Program-made: the position numbers and the translations under genes | Virus record (IMG/VR): IMGVR_UViG_3300021962_000038 | Source of the DNA: an uncultured virus (IMG/VR IMGVR_UViG_3300021962_000038) | Lineage: Duplodnaviria > Heunggongvirae > Uroviricota > Caudoviricetes | Direction: 5' to 3' (one strand) | DNA length: 64,000 bases | Shown here: positions 27,814 to 37,545 of the stretch, one piece after another | Position numbering within the stretch: position 1 is the stretch's first letter | Layout of the letters: every line of letters starts with the position of its first letter | Notes under the pieces: generated by a model | The model's input: only the letters and a program-made list of their open reading frames with translations | The model's database searches: none | What the model was told of the DNA's origin: nothing

Positions 27814-27824
27814 TTATTTTTCTC

Positions 27825-28211
27825 TTATTGTTTACCAAATGCCTTTCCAGCTTCTGCAATACCGAATGAACCTAAAGTAACCACCACGAAGGAAGTGTAG
27901 ATAGTGTCTGAGATTACTAAATCTTGTCCCATGTAACCTGTGACTAGATCAGTGATACCAAAGATCACCATCATAAAGAATGATATAAATCCAATGATTG
28001 ATTTCTCATTGAGATGATTGTCATCCATAAACAAAGAACCAAATGTGAACTTCTCTTTAGGTTTAGCTTCTAGAGCTGCAACCTTAAGGTCTTTGGTTAG
28101 TTTTTCCATTTCTTTGATCTTGTCATTTGCATCGTCTAACTTTAACATTAGATCGGTGTATTTCTCAAGATCGATGTTTACTTCATTTCTATTTTCTACT
28201 GCTTCACTCAT
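27825..28211 (-). CDS. Coiled-coil plus two-TM membrane protein (holin-like candidate)
   Basis: NEKSIIGF.SF..MV.F, TLG.FGI; two TM segments. Confidence 0.6.
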   Translation of the reverse strand: MSEAVENRNEVNIDLEKYTDLMLKLDDANDKIKEMEKLTKDLKVAALEAKPKEKFTFGSLFMDDNHLNEKSIIGFISFFMMVIFGITDLVTGYMGQDLVISDTIYTSFVVVTLGSFGIAEAGKAFGKQ

Positions 28212-28232
28212 TGTTGTGTCCTCGTGAGTTTA

Positions 28233-28436
28233 TTATTTTTTCATTCTGGCTTCTCTAGCCTTTTGCCTCTCCTCTTCTTCCTTTAGGTATTTGATGAGAA
28301 GATTTATGTAAATTTCTCTTTCCCAAGGAATCATATTTTCAAGTTCTGATAACGAATACTTGTGGTGTTGCATCATCTGAAAGTTTGAGTTGTAATAGTT
28401 ATACAAACTCTCATGAGAGAGGCATACTAAAAAAAA
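28233..28436 (-). CDS. gp51: Baseplate hub assembly protein gp51-like (probably reached by -1 frameshift from gp26; first in-frame Met at 28376)
   Basis: LSHESLYNYYNSNFQMMQHHKYSLSELENMIPWEREIYINLL. Confidence 0.8.
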   Translation of the reverse strand, partial: FFLVCLSHESLYNYYNSNFQMMQHHKYSLSELENMIPWEREIYINLLIKYLKEEEERQKAREARMKK

Positions 28437-29128
28437 CTTTGTATACCCTCTAATCTACGAGTGTTTTGTTTCCCACATGTGTTACATTCGTAACTTGCAT
28501 CAAAACTAATTTTAGGTGATTTCTCAAACCAATTGGTCAATTTTTGTAGTTGATCAATTGTTAGGTTATCTATAAAATCATTTAGATCACTATCTGATAT
28601 ATCCACCCTTTCAAAAATTTGTTCATTATCAAAAATTCTTGCGATACTTGCTTTTAGTACTCCAATGATTTGTTCGTCTTGTGTTTTATCAAACAAATCT
28701 TGGACTCCATCAACGGTTAGAAGTTTCAAGTTGACACCTACAGAGTCAGTTATCATTATAGGTTCGTTACTAGCTTCACCTGTCACTTTTACTCCTTCAA
28801 TGTCAATATGGATTTCTCCAGTACCGTTACATTCTGTATCTGAACACTTCAGATTTACCGTTATGTTCTCACCTACTGACTTAGATCTGATTTGTAAAAA
28901 TAACCATTCTAAGTCAACGGCTGCAATTTTATCTGTATCTATTTCTCCAAAAGTACATGCAGTTATCAGTTCCTTTACTGACTCTAACTGTTGCTTTTGG
29001 TCATCTGATTCTCTTGCAAGAATCAAAAGTTTTTGTTCCTTCACAAGGAACGGTCTGTATTTCACCTCTTCATTAGAACTTGGTAATAAGGTTCTATAAG
29101 TTGGTGCAGACTGTATTGGTAATGCCAT
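28427..29128 (-). CDS. gp26: Baseplate hub assembly chaperone
   Basis: MALP...PTY, YRPFLVKEQK.L, D.EWLFLQIRSKSVGE, two CxxC-like motifs, GIQSFF end. Confidence 0.92.
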   Translation of the reverse strand: MALPIQSAPTYRTLLPSSNEEVKYRPFLVKEQKLLILARESDDQKQQLESVKELITACTFGEIDTDKIAAVDLEWLFLQIRSKSVGENITVNLKCSDTECNGTGEIHIDIEGVKVTGEASNEPIMITDSVGVNLKLLTVDGVQDLFDKTQDEQIIGVLKASIARIFDNEQIFERVDISDSDLNDFIDNLTIDQLQKLTNWFEKSPKISFDASYECNTCGKQNTRRLEGIQSFF

Positions 29129-29144
29129 AATTTTTCCTCACTTA

Positions 29145-29915
29145 CTATCCACCAATTAAATCACTGACTTGTCCAGCAATACTGTCAAGTCTATTCAAAC
29201 GATCTGAAAATCTTCTTGCAGAATCGTTAAATCTTCCGAGTACACTTGAACCTTGTATAAGTGCATCAAGTGCTAGTCTACCTCTATTTAGTGCAGACCT
29301 AGGTGGTGCATCGGTGTACTCATTTGTAAAATCTGCAAATGCAAAAGTAACATCAAATCTCATCAACGAGTCTGTTGACGATTTATCTAAATCTTGTGCA
29401 GAATAACTTATCGGATAAGTGTCGAACAATGTACACTTGAGTGCAGGTCTGTCAATTTTCATATCTCGTCTAAGTTGATAAATTATAATTTGTGAACCTT
29501 GTGCATATTCGTTATGATAACTAAAAATAGGGTATGAACTGTTTACTCTCTCTGAAGTATTAGGAGATGCATAGATCATTTGCATCCATGCCTCTATAAT
29601 AAATCTATCGTAAAAACTACTATCACACAAAAAGGTCATATCGATAGTAGTGTCATGGTTGTAACCTGAAACTCTTGGTTTGGTAGGCCCCCATATTTTG
29701 TAATCTGTTGTTTCAAGTGTTCTAGAAGGTAAAGAACACTTCTCAACTCTTAGACCCATGTCTCTTGGTCTGTTTGCACCCTCTCTATCTCTATTCTGAG
29801 AAATAAGTATTTGTGGTAGGAAAAAGTCTACATGAAAAAGATTAGACCTTGCACCGAAATCAAAGTTATACTTGAATTTGTTTATTGAACCTTTTTGTAA
29901 ATAATTGTCAGCCAT
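29145..29915 (-). CDS. gp54: Tail tube initiator / tube-like baseplate protein (gp54-like)
   Basis: ARSNLF.V, SLP.R, TF.CD, WM..I, YP ... V.FAF. Confidence 0.7.
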   Translation of the reverse strand: MADNYLQKGSINKFKYNFDFGARSNLFHVDFFLPQILISQNRDREGANRPRDMGLRVEKCSLPSRTLETTDYKIWGPTKPRVSGYNHDTTIDMTFLCDSSFYDRFIIEAWMQMIYASPNTSERVNSSYPIFSYHNEYAQGSQIIIYQLRRDMKIDRPALKCTLFDTYPISYSAQDLDKSSTDSLMRFDVTFAFADFTNEYTDAPPRSALNRGRLALDALIQGSSVLGRFNDSARRFSDRLNRLDSIAGQVSDLIGG

Positions 29916-30505
29916 TAAAATTGTTTCCTACTTTTTGCATAAACCGTGTTTGCATTTATGTTGAAGTCTTGTAGTGGTAAGAGTGCAATCATATCCCAAA
30001 ATTTAGGTGGGACTTGAAATAGTGGACTTTTCAGTTGTGATATTAGATATCTTTTGATACAAGGTTTTGCATATCTGAATACAGTTGCAGATATCAATCT
30101 TTCATAACTGAGTGCATCTCTTTTGAAAGCACCTGTGGTTTCGTTTATTTCTATAGAACCATACATTGCATCAAGTAATCTTACTCTGTATCTTGGTGCA
30201 ATATAGTGTAGATTGATACCATACCATCCATCACTCATATATTTGTAAGGAATTACAACTGGAAATCTATCCCAGTATGGTAGTTTCTTATCCCACTTTG
30301 CACCATAAGAATAAATATACATTTCACCTAAACGAGGATATGCTTGAGTTTCTCTCTTCAAGTCATCATCCAACATCAAGTCTTGTTGATCTAAACGAAT
30401 AACTCTAAGTCTTTGTTTGAACCACTCTAAACTTTCAAAACTTCTTTTTTCATACTGTTCAGGAAGTTTAACTCGTTGTTCTAATAAATCTGAGAGTATT
30501 GCCAT
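29915..30505 (-). CDS. gp2: DNA end protector protein
   Basis: S.EWF, G.MY.Y.Y.AK....LPYWDRFP, GINLHY, KPCIKRYL. Confidence 0.92.
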   Translation of the reverse strand: MAILSDLLEQRVKLPEQYEKRSFESLEWFKQRLRVIRLDQQDLMLDDDLKRETQAYPRLGEMYIYSYGAKWDKKLPYWDRFPVVIPYKYMSDGWYGINLHYIAPRYRVRLLDAMYGSIEINETTGAFKRDALSYERLISATVFRYAKPCIKRYLISQLKSPLFQVPPKFWDMIALLPLQDFNINANTVYAKSRKQF

Positions 30506-30521
30506 ATAACTATTTATGCAA

Positions 30522-30962
30522 TTATGTCAATTGATCTTCTGTTAAAATTCTAAAACCTAATCTTCTTTCCTTGCAAAAACTTTCAGCAGCCTTGAACTTT
30601 GCTTGATTGATCATATAGGATACACACTCATTTAGATATCTCTGTGTTCTCCTTTTGGGTTCAGGTGGTGGTTTGAGTTTACTCTTTGGTTTGACTTCTA
30701 TAATTTCTCTTACAGTATGACCTTTTGAGTTTACATATTTGACATAGAAGTCAGGGAAATAACGGTGTATCTTTTTGTCAAGTGGAGACCTATAGGGGAT
30801 GATAACTTCTTCACTTCCCCACTCTATAATGTTTGGATTGTTATCACAATAGACCATAAATCGTCTTTCCCACAGAGAACGATAAATAATTCTTGTTGGA
30901 TCACCCTTATATTTCTTATAATTCTTGGGTTTAAACTTTCCTTTATAAGCTTTTCTTGACAT
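30522..30962 (-). CDS. gp4: Head completion nuclease
   Basis: YKGKFKPKN..KY.GD, YRSLWE, W.SEE..IPY, HRYFPDF, IEVKP, NQAK..AA. Confidence 0.95.
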   Translation of the reverse strand: MSRKAYKGKFKPKNYKKYKGDPTRIIYRSLWERRFMVYCDNNPNIIEWGSEEVIIPYRSPLDKKIHRYFPDFYVKYVNSKGHTVREIIEVKPKSKLKPPPEPKRRTQRYLNECVSYMINQAKFKAAESFCKERRLGFRILTEDQLT

Positions 30963-30992
30963 AAATAACAGTAATAGTATTTATTATTTATA
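30960..30992. promoter_or_regulatory. Overlapping divergent late promoters
   Basis: CATAAATA (+) at 30960-30967 and TATAAATA (-) at 30992-30985. Confidence 0.7.
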
Positions 30993-31003
30993 GGTCACAA
31001 TTA

Positions 31004-32194
31004 ATGGCATCACTTAGCAAACTAATCAAAAAATTCAAAAAAGTACAGAATGCAATAAATTCATTCAAAGGAATTAGTGGCAAACTAAGAAGTATCAACT
31101 ACGATGGAGTTATCAGTAACGATATTCTTGCAGATAGAAGAGAGGATGCACGAAATCGTTTAGATCAGAGAAGAGAGTCTCTAAAGGCATCGTTTGATTC
31201 TGCAAATGCACCAGTACGATTTGCATCACTTCAACCTAATGGAAGTCCTCTCGCGTTGACCTACCCATTACATCACCAAATGATGAACTCTATAGAGTTT
31301 AGATCACTAGCAAGAAATGCAATTCCACAAACTTCAGATAATACAGAAGGGGGAACAGGTAATATATATGATTTTATACAAGAAGTAAGTATCATGTTGT
31401 ATATACCTGATGGTGCAATGATAAGTGATATAGAAGTATCTACAGGTAAAAAGGAATTCGGTATTTTGTCTAGAGGAATGACATCTACTGGAAGTGCATT
31501 TGCAAATGAAGGTGTAGGTGCTGGTTTTTCTCAACTTGGGAGAACAGTAAGTACTGCAATTGGAACAGGTCTCAATGCAATTAGTAATACAATGACTGGT
31601 GGTTATTCTAACTTCCGTGCAGGTAAAGCGAAAAACCCTATGGAAGAAATGCAATTTCAAGGAATGGATTTTAGATCACATAGTTTTGCTTTTGAGTTTA
31701 TACCTGCAAGTGCAGAAGAAGCTCAGCAAGTTGAGTTGATTTGTCATCATTTCAAAATGTTGATGTTACCTAATACCTTTAGACACGGTATGTTTGGTCG
31801 TCAAGATCATGGTGCAGAACAAGGTCAAGAAGAAACATTAGAAAACTTTTTCAATTATCCAAACAAATTTCAAATAGACTATCACGGCCCTATCAAAAAT
31901 CATGTAGAAGGATTTCTACCTTGCTTTTTAACAAAGGCTTCTGTTAAATATGCAGACGATTACACTATGACTTACCACGATGGTTATCCTATAAAAACAA
32001 CATTAGATTTAGAGTTTACTGAAGTTGTTATTGCAACACAAGAAAATTATAAAGAATACATCTCAGTAAAACGAAATGGGTATCATGATTTTCAAGGTAA
32101 TCAAGATGAGTTACAAGCAGAAGCAGATGAATTAGCAGCCGCTAGAAGACGAGAGGAAGAAAGAAGACAAAGAGCTGCAGGGGGTGACGGATAA
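31004..32194 (+). CDS. gp48: Baseplate tail tube cap
   Basis: I.LYIP, NP..E..FQGMDFRSHSF.F.F.P....EA, YP..F.I, C.LT...V.Y, L.FTE. Confidence 0.85.
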   Translation: MASLSKLIKKFKKVQNAINSFKGISGKLRSINYDGVISNDILADRREDARNRLDQRRESLKASFDSANAPVRFASLQPNGSPLALTYPLHHQMMNSIEFRSLARNAIPQTSDNTEGGTGNIYDFIQEVSIMLYIPDGAMISDIEVSTGKKEFGILSRGMTSTGSAFANEGVGAGFSQLGRTVSTAIGTGLNAISNTMTGGYSNFRAGKAKNPMEEMQFQGMDFRSHSFAFEFIPASAEEAQQVELICHHFKMLMLPNTFRHGMFGRQDHGAEQGQEETLENFFNYPNKFQIDYHGPIKNHVEGFLPCFLTKASVKYADDYTMTYHDGYPIKTTLDLEFTEVVIATQENYKEYISVKRNGYHDFQGNQDELQAEADELAAARRREEERRQRAAGGDG

Positions 32195-32901
32195 TGCCTA
32201 ATCAGTATTTTTCAAATTTCCCTAAGATAAAGTATCAACTAGAAACTGGTAATATCATAAGAATCAAAGATATTTTTCGTAAGGTTGTAATTGAACCTGA
32301 AGCACTTGATAGTATGATAGAATACACAAGTTATGAAATTCACGATGGTGAAAGACCTGATATAGTTGCAACAAAACTATACGGTGATGCAGACTTACAT
32401 TGGTTATTCTTTTTGACAAACAACTTTGATAACTATTACCAATGGTATAAAAGTTTTGATGAATTTGAAGAGTATATCAGTCAAAAATATCCAGGCTACA
32501 TACTAACTGCATCGAACACCACCGATATTGTTTCATCTTCTTCTAAGTTCTTATTAGGAGAAAAAATCAGTAGTTCTTTATCAACTGCAAATGTTATATT
32601 TGTTGATCCAACATTCAAAAGAGTTATTGTCGACAGAGGTTCATGGACTGCAGGAGATGTGGTTACAGGTGCAAATAGTGGTAAATCATTTACAGTACAG
32701 TCTGTGCAAAATCATAGAGACGGTGTAACACATTATAAGAACTCAGATGGAGTTGAAAAGAATACTCCATCATCAGGTTTTAATCCTGTTACTTTTTATG
32801 ACGAAGAATTTGCAATAAATGAGAAGAAGAGGAGTATCAAAGTACTTAAGAGACACTTAGTAAAACCCCTAATTGCTGAGTTAGATAGATTATTGGGATA
32901 A
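32194..32901 (+). CDS. gp53: Baseplate wedge subunit
   Basis: YFSNFP.I.Y, GERPD.VA.KLYGD..LHW, E...NE.KR.IK. Confidence 0.9.
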   Translation: MPNQYFSNFPKIKYQLETGNIIRIKDIFRKVVIEPEALDSMIEYTSYEIHDGERPDIVATKLYGDADLHWLFFLTNNFDNYYQWYKSFDEFEEYISQKYPGYILTASNTTDIVSSSSKFLLGEKISSSLSTANVIFVDPTFKRVIVDRGSWTAGDVVTGANSGKSFTVQSVQNHRDGVTHYKNSDGVEKNTPSSGFNPVTFYDEEFAINEKKRSIKVLKRHLVKPLIAELDRLLG

Positions 32902-32908
32902 TTATATT

Positions 32909-34384
32909 ATGTCAGGCAGACAAACAGAAACACAAAACCTGATTGCAGGTCAATTTGAAATCGATGCACTTGTTCTTATCAATCAGTTTGAAGAGGCTGT
33001 TGATTTGAGATCGTTGTGTACCAATCTTAGAATCTTTGAATCTATAGATTCAAAATTTCTTACTGGTGATGCATCTATCATTGATGGTATGGATTACTTA
33101 AAAAACTTCCGTATGACTGGACAAGAATTTCTTAGAGTTGCATTCAGACAAAAAGAAGGAATGAATAAGAGTGCAGAAACTCAATTTTCTATAGACAAAA
33201 CTTTTCGTATTCACAAAGTACATAATATTCAAGACAATCCTGAGGGACTAGGTATTGGTTATCAACTTATATTTTGTGATCCAAGAGAATTCTATGCAAA
33301 ACGAACACGAATCAGTCAAGTGTATAGAGGTTCGTGGAGTAATATCTTACAGAACATTTTACTCAATGATGCGAGCTTCAAAGAAGAAGAATTTGATCAT
33401 TGGGAAGATACCAAATACGAAAACTTTCAATTCATTTCTCCTAACTGGACAGTAAACGATATAATAGATTACATTTCAGCACAAGGTACTCCATCCGATA
33501 ACACATGGGGTAATGAAATGTTTTTCTTTCAAACTGCAAACGGTAAGTTTCAATTCAAGTCGTTTTCAGAAATGTGTCAAAGTGAATTTCCAGTAGAGTT
33601 CGACAATGTTCCAAGAACAGATTACGATGCAAGTATTCGTGATCTAAATGGAAAGGGTGGTCTACATTCTGAAATCAAAACATTTATGAGGGAACAACAA
33701 TTTGACACACTCAAACTAACAGAAACAGGTGGGTATGCAAGTACCATGAAAGTATTTGACCCTATAAGAAAAATACAATACAACCAAGTGTTTGATCTAA
33801 AGAAAGTGTATAACAAAGGTCATCATGTATCAGGTCATCCACTAAGTGTTTTAGATCAAGACGAAGTTTGGTTAACTTCTGATAACCTTAAAGGTGCAAC
33901 AGAGAACATAACAGTTACTCAATACGATGTTGACTCTGCACCAAACGAACAAGACGGTTCACTTATTGTACACGACATTCATTCACGACATTCATTTGAT
34001 AATGGTCAAATAGACCAAGATGAAGAATGGAGAGGTAGACAAAATTTAGATGAAAAGAGATTAGGTAGAAATGCACTAATGCAAGTTATAGGACAATATC
34101 GTGTAACAGTTCAAATTCCTTTTAGAACAGATCTAAGTGTGGGTCATGTTATCATACTGAAACAACAACCTAAGGATGTACAGGGTAGACAAGTATCTCC
34201 TGACAAACTGAACGATAATCGGTACATTATAACTGAAATTGGTTATGAGTGTTCACCAGTAGAAGAAGTGGGTATACTCAATCTTAGTTGTGTAAAAGAA
34301 AGTTATGCAGGTATTATCAAAGATATACCTTCACCATTATTGACAGCAAGTGGCCCTGAAGAAGGAAGTGCAATAAGACGATGA
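32909..34384 (+). CDS. Baseplate hub protein (gp27-like)
   Basis: I.ESI...F.TG...I.D, GQE, PNW, FFFQT..G.F.F.S; position between gp53 and gp5. Confidence 0.65.
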   Translation: MSGRQTETQNLIAGQFEIDALVLINQFEEAVDLRSLCTNLRIFESIDSKFLTGDASIIDGMDYLKNFRMTGQEFLRVAFRQKEGMNKSAETQFSIDKTFRIHKVHNIQDNPEGLGIGYQLIFCDPREFYAKRTRISQVYRGSWSNILQNILLNDASFKEEEFDHWEDTKYENFQFISPNWTVNDIIDYISAQGTPSDNTWGNEMFFFQTANGKFQFKSFSEMCQSEFPVEFDNVPRTDYDASIRDLNGKGGLHSEIKTFMREQQFDTLKLTETGGYASTMKVFDPIRKIQYNQVFDLKKVYNKGHHVSGHPLSVLDQDEVWLTSDNLKGATENITVTQYDVDSAPNEQDGSLIVHDIHSRHSFDNGQIDQDEEWRGRQNLDEKRLGRNALMQVIGQYRVTVQIPFRTDLSVGHVIILKQQPKDVQGRQVSPDKLNDNRYIITEIGYECSPVEEVGILNLSCVKESYAGIIKDIPSPLLTASGPEEGSAIRR

Positions 34385-35451
34385 ATTTTTATTACGGTGT
34401 AGTTGAAGATAGAAACGATCCACAAAAGTTGGGTCGCGTGCGTGTGCGTGTGCATGGGTTACACACGGAGAACAAACAAAAGATAGGAACACCTGACTTA
34501 CCATGGGCAACCGTTCTTATGCCTACAACCTCTGCAACATTATCAGGTTTCGGAACTCAACACGGACTTGTAGAGGGAACTACTGTAGTTGTAACTTTCA
34601 AAGACGGAAAATCAATGCAAGAACCTATGGTCATAGGTGGTATGGTAGGGTTCAATCAACCTAAAGAAATACCAGTTACAGGATTTGGATTAGGAGATGC
34701 AAGAAGAGAAAAAATAAGAGACAGAGAAATTGGTTTCAATGATCCTAGAGCACTGAAGGAGAGTGACTATGTTGGAACACCTGATGGCCCTATCTTTGGT
34801 GCAGGAAGAAGTTTTGGTTTACTCGGTGATTTAGAAAATGCACCTATTACACCTAAAACAGTTGAGATTGATTACTCCTCTAAACTTGCATCAGGTGGTG
34901 CAACTGGAATTTTGTCATCGATCAGAGATGCAATAAGTTCGTTGACAGGTTCAGGTAGTGATGAGAAAAAAGGTTCAGGTGGAACTAAGATTACTAACCC
35001 AACACTTACAAATGATGACTTACCTTATTATCCACTAGAAGATTATTACAACATGTCAGATGTATCTGTTTTTGCACAAGGTGAAGCAGACTATTCATTT
35101 CTAAACTCACCTCATACACCTGATACAAAAGCTGCACCTAAGTATCCATATAACAAGTCAATGTACACTGAGTCAGGACACTTGATTGAATATGATGACA
35201 CAAGAGATGCAGAAAGAATACTAATCTATCATCGTTCAGGAACATATACTGAAGTACAACCACTAGGTGATAGACATACAAGAATCGTACAAAGTGATTA
35301 CGAAGTTGTGTGTGGTGATAAAGAAGTCACCGTTTGTGGTGATATGAAAATAGTTGTGAAAGGAAATGCAAGTATAGAAGTCACAGGTAAAACAGATATT
35401 ACCTCAGGTGGTGATTTGACAGTTGCAGCTCCTACCATAACATTGAACTAA
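34381..35451 (+). CDS. gp5: Baseplate spike protein (OB-fold plus beta-helix, no lysozyme domain)
   Basis: GVVEDRNDP.KLGRVRVRV.G.H, LPWA, YPYN....TESGH..EYDDT...ERI..YHRSGTY.E. Confidence 0.92.
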   Translation: MNFYYGVVEDRNDPQKLGRVRVRVHGLHTENKQKIGTPDLPWATVLMPTTSATLSGFGTQHGLVEGTTVVVTFKDGKSMQEPMVIGGMVGFNQPKEIPVTGFGLGDARREKIRDREIGFNDPRALKESDYVGTPDGPIFGAGRSFGLLGDLENAPITPKTVEIDYSSKLASGGATGILSSIRDAISSLTGSGSDEKKGSGGTKITNPTLTNDDLPYYPLEDYYNMSDVSVFAQGEADYSFLNSPHTPDTKAAPKYPYNKSMYTESGHLIEYDDTRDAERILIYHRSGTYTEVQPLGDRHTRIVQSDYEVVCGDKEVTVCGDMKIVVKGNASIEVTGKTDITSGGDLTVAAPTITLN

Positions 35452-35452
35452 A

Positions 35453-37096
35453 ATGGCATTCACACTTCCATCAATTCCAAGCAAGATCTCATGCCCACAG
35501 GGAGACATTTTTCAATTTCCTACACCTGCTGATTTAACAAACATACTCAATGAAATTGGTCAGATACCAAGTAAACTTAGAGCATGGATGGTAGAACAAA
35601 GAGACGAGATTACAGATGAAATCCGTGCAGAGATAGAGGAAGTTATTAACACCATAGAAGAATGGAGAGAAAAAATTGCAAATATATTATCTCCATGGTG
35701 GAATATAGATGGTGTTGATCCTGATATCAGAAGAAGAATACAAGAACTCATGGCAGAACTCGAAGGTAAGGTCGGTGAGGAAAGAGAAAGAATACTTGAA
35801 CAGATAAGACAACTTAGACTTGAGTTCAATGTTCGTGATTGGCAAGCAGAAGCAAGGCAGGCAGTTACAGAGTTCATACAAGAAATGCATATCTATATTC
35901 CTATGAAGGTTGCAGAATTGATTTCTAAGATTACAAGTTTTAGTCTCAAAGTCACACTCTTTGGTATTTCCATTGATGTTGCAAAACTTGCTACAAAGGC
36001 AGAACAGGAAAGAATCAAAATGCAGATATGTGAGAAGATTGATTCTCTTTATGATTTAGTTCCTGAGGGTTATAAAACATTTGATGGTACTTTTGGAGTA
36101 GATGACAGAAAGAAAAGATGTCAAGTTGTTTGGAGTTGGATAAAGTCAGAGGTACATGATTGGATCACAAATGGTATCTTCAAACTTGCAAAAACTCTTA
36201 TAAAAATTTTCAAAGTTATTTGGAAACTTTTAGGACTTCCTGATCTATCTGCATTATTTGAGTTTGATGTTTCAGCTTTCATTCAAGCTGCAATAGGTAA
36301 ATTTAAGACTGAGATAAATGAGTTGAGAGAAAAACTTAGGAATATTGACTTATCTGAAGAACTACGAAAAGAATATAACAAGAGAATTCAACAACTAAGA
36401 AAGTTAGTATGTCGTACACTTGAGGAATTGAACATTCTAGGTTTCAATGTGTTATCACTTTTAGGTGGTGAAATAAAGTCAACGGTCAAATCATGTGATG
36501 AACTTATACAATCATACATAGAAGCATTCAGAGATTTTGCAATCAACTGGAAAAAGAAACTTTTATTTGATTGGGTCAAAATTATAAAGAAGTTTTTTGA
36601 CAAGATTGGATTGGGTTCTATTTTCAAATGGATCAACATAACTTTCTGTGATATATTAGAACTTATAGGTTTCCCCTTCGATCTTCCTTCAAATTTAGGT
36701 TCAGGTTTATCTGCACTTGCAGCTGCTAAAATTATAGATGTTGATGAGTCCCAAACTTTCAACTTCAATACAACTGTAAGAGGTTCAGGTACAGTAAATG
36801 AATACCTTGAAGTAGAGGATGCATTGGGAAGAAAAACAAAAGTCACATCACAAGAACAGTTGAACGAGATTTTAGAGAGATCAGAAAGAGTCAATGTTGC
36901 ATATTATCAAGGTGATGGTGTAACTGATAAGTTTATTGCACCTACTGGTAAGGGAACCCTTCGTGTTTATCTGAACGATAATAGATTGATAAACTCAGCT
37001 GCACTTGGTGTCAATAACTATGTGGAAAACGGAAATTATGTGAGATTTGTGGATACACCAAAAGAAGGTGATAATATCTCACTAATTAGAATCTAA
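35453..37096 (+). CDS. Large helical virion-associated hypothetical protein
   Basis: 547-aa ORF between gp5 and gp25. C-terminal GDG.T..F beta domain. Confidence 0.7.
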   Translation: MAFTLPSIPSKISCPQGDIFQFPTPADLTNILNEIGQIPSKLRAWMVEQRDEITDEIRAEIEEVINTIEEWREKIANILSPWWNIDGVDPDIRRRIQELMAELEGKVGEERERILEQIRQLRLEFNVRDWQAEARQAVTEFIQEMHIYIPMKVAELISKITSFSLKVTLFGISIDVAKLATKAEQERIKMQICEKIDSLYDLVPEGYKTFDGTFGVDDRKKRCQVVWSWIKSEVHDWITNGIFKLAKTLIKIFKVIWKLLGLPDLSALFEFDVSAFIQAAIGKFKTEINELREKLRNIDLSEELRKEYNKRIQQLRKLVCRTLEELNILGFNVLSLLGGEIKSTVKSCDELIQSYIEAFRDFAINWKKKLLFDWVKIIKKFFDKIGLGSIFKWINITFCDILELIGFPFDLPSNLGSGLSALAAAKIIDVDESQTFNFNTTVRGSGTVNEYLEVEDALGRKTKVTSQEQLNEILERSERVNVAYYQGDGVTDKFIAPTGKGTLRVYLNDNRLINSAALGVNNYVENGNYVRFVDTPKEGDNISLIRI

Positions 37097-37123
37097 AGAT
37101 TATATTTGTTTATAAATAGTATT

Positions 37124-37543
37124 ATGGTAGATTTAGTTAATCAAGCAAAAGTAGTTGCTACAGGTAAGAGTCTATATTCTGATTTAGATTTATTTCTTAC
37201 ACCTCATCCTGTAACAGGTGATATTACACTCAAGACAGATGCAGAGGCAGTTAAGAGGTCAGTAAGAAATATCGTTCTTACTAATTTCTACGAGAGACCA
37301 TTTAAACCTAACCTCGGAACCAATATCAGAGCTTCGTTGTTTGAGTTAGATAACGACAGAATAAGACACTTACTCTATGATAGAGTAGTCAATGCAATCG
37401 AAACACTTGAACCAAGAGTATACAATGTAAAACTACAGTTTTCAAATCAGAGTAATAATCACTTGCATGTTTCTGTTACATATACCATAAGAAATAGTTC
37501 ACTAACGAACAGTTTTGAAGTAAAAATTAAAAGGACACGATAA
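37124..37543 (+). CDS. gp25: Baseplate wedge / sheath initiator
   Basis: YSDLDL....HPVTGD, AVKRSVRNIV.TN.YERPF.P, EPRV. TATAAATA at 37111-37118. Confidence 0.92.
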   Translation: MVDLVNQAKVVATGKSLYSDLDLFLTPHPVTGDITLKTDAEAVKRSVRNIVLTNFYERPFKPNLGTNIRASLFELDNDRIRHLLYDRVVNAIETLEPRVYNVKLQFSNQSNNHLHVSVTYTIRNSSLTNSFEVKIKRTR

Positions 37544-37545
37544 CC

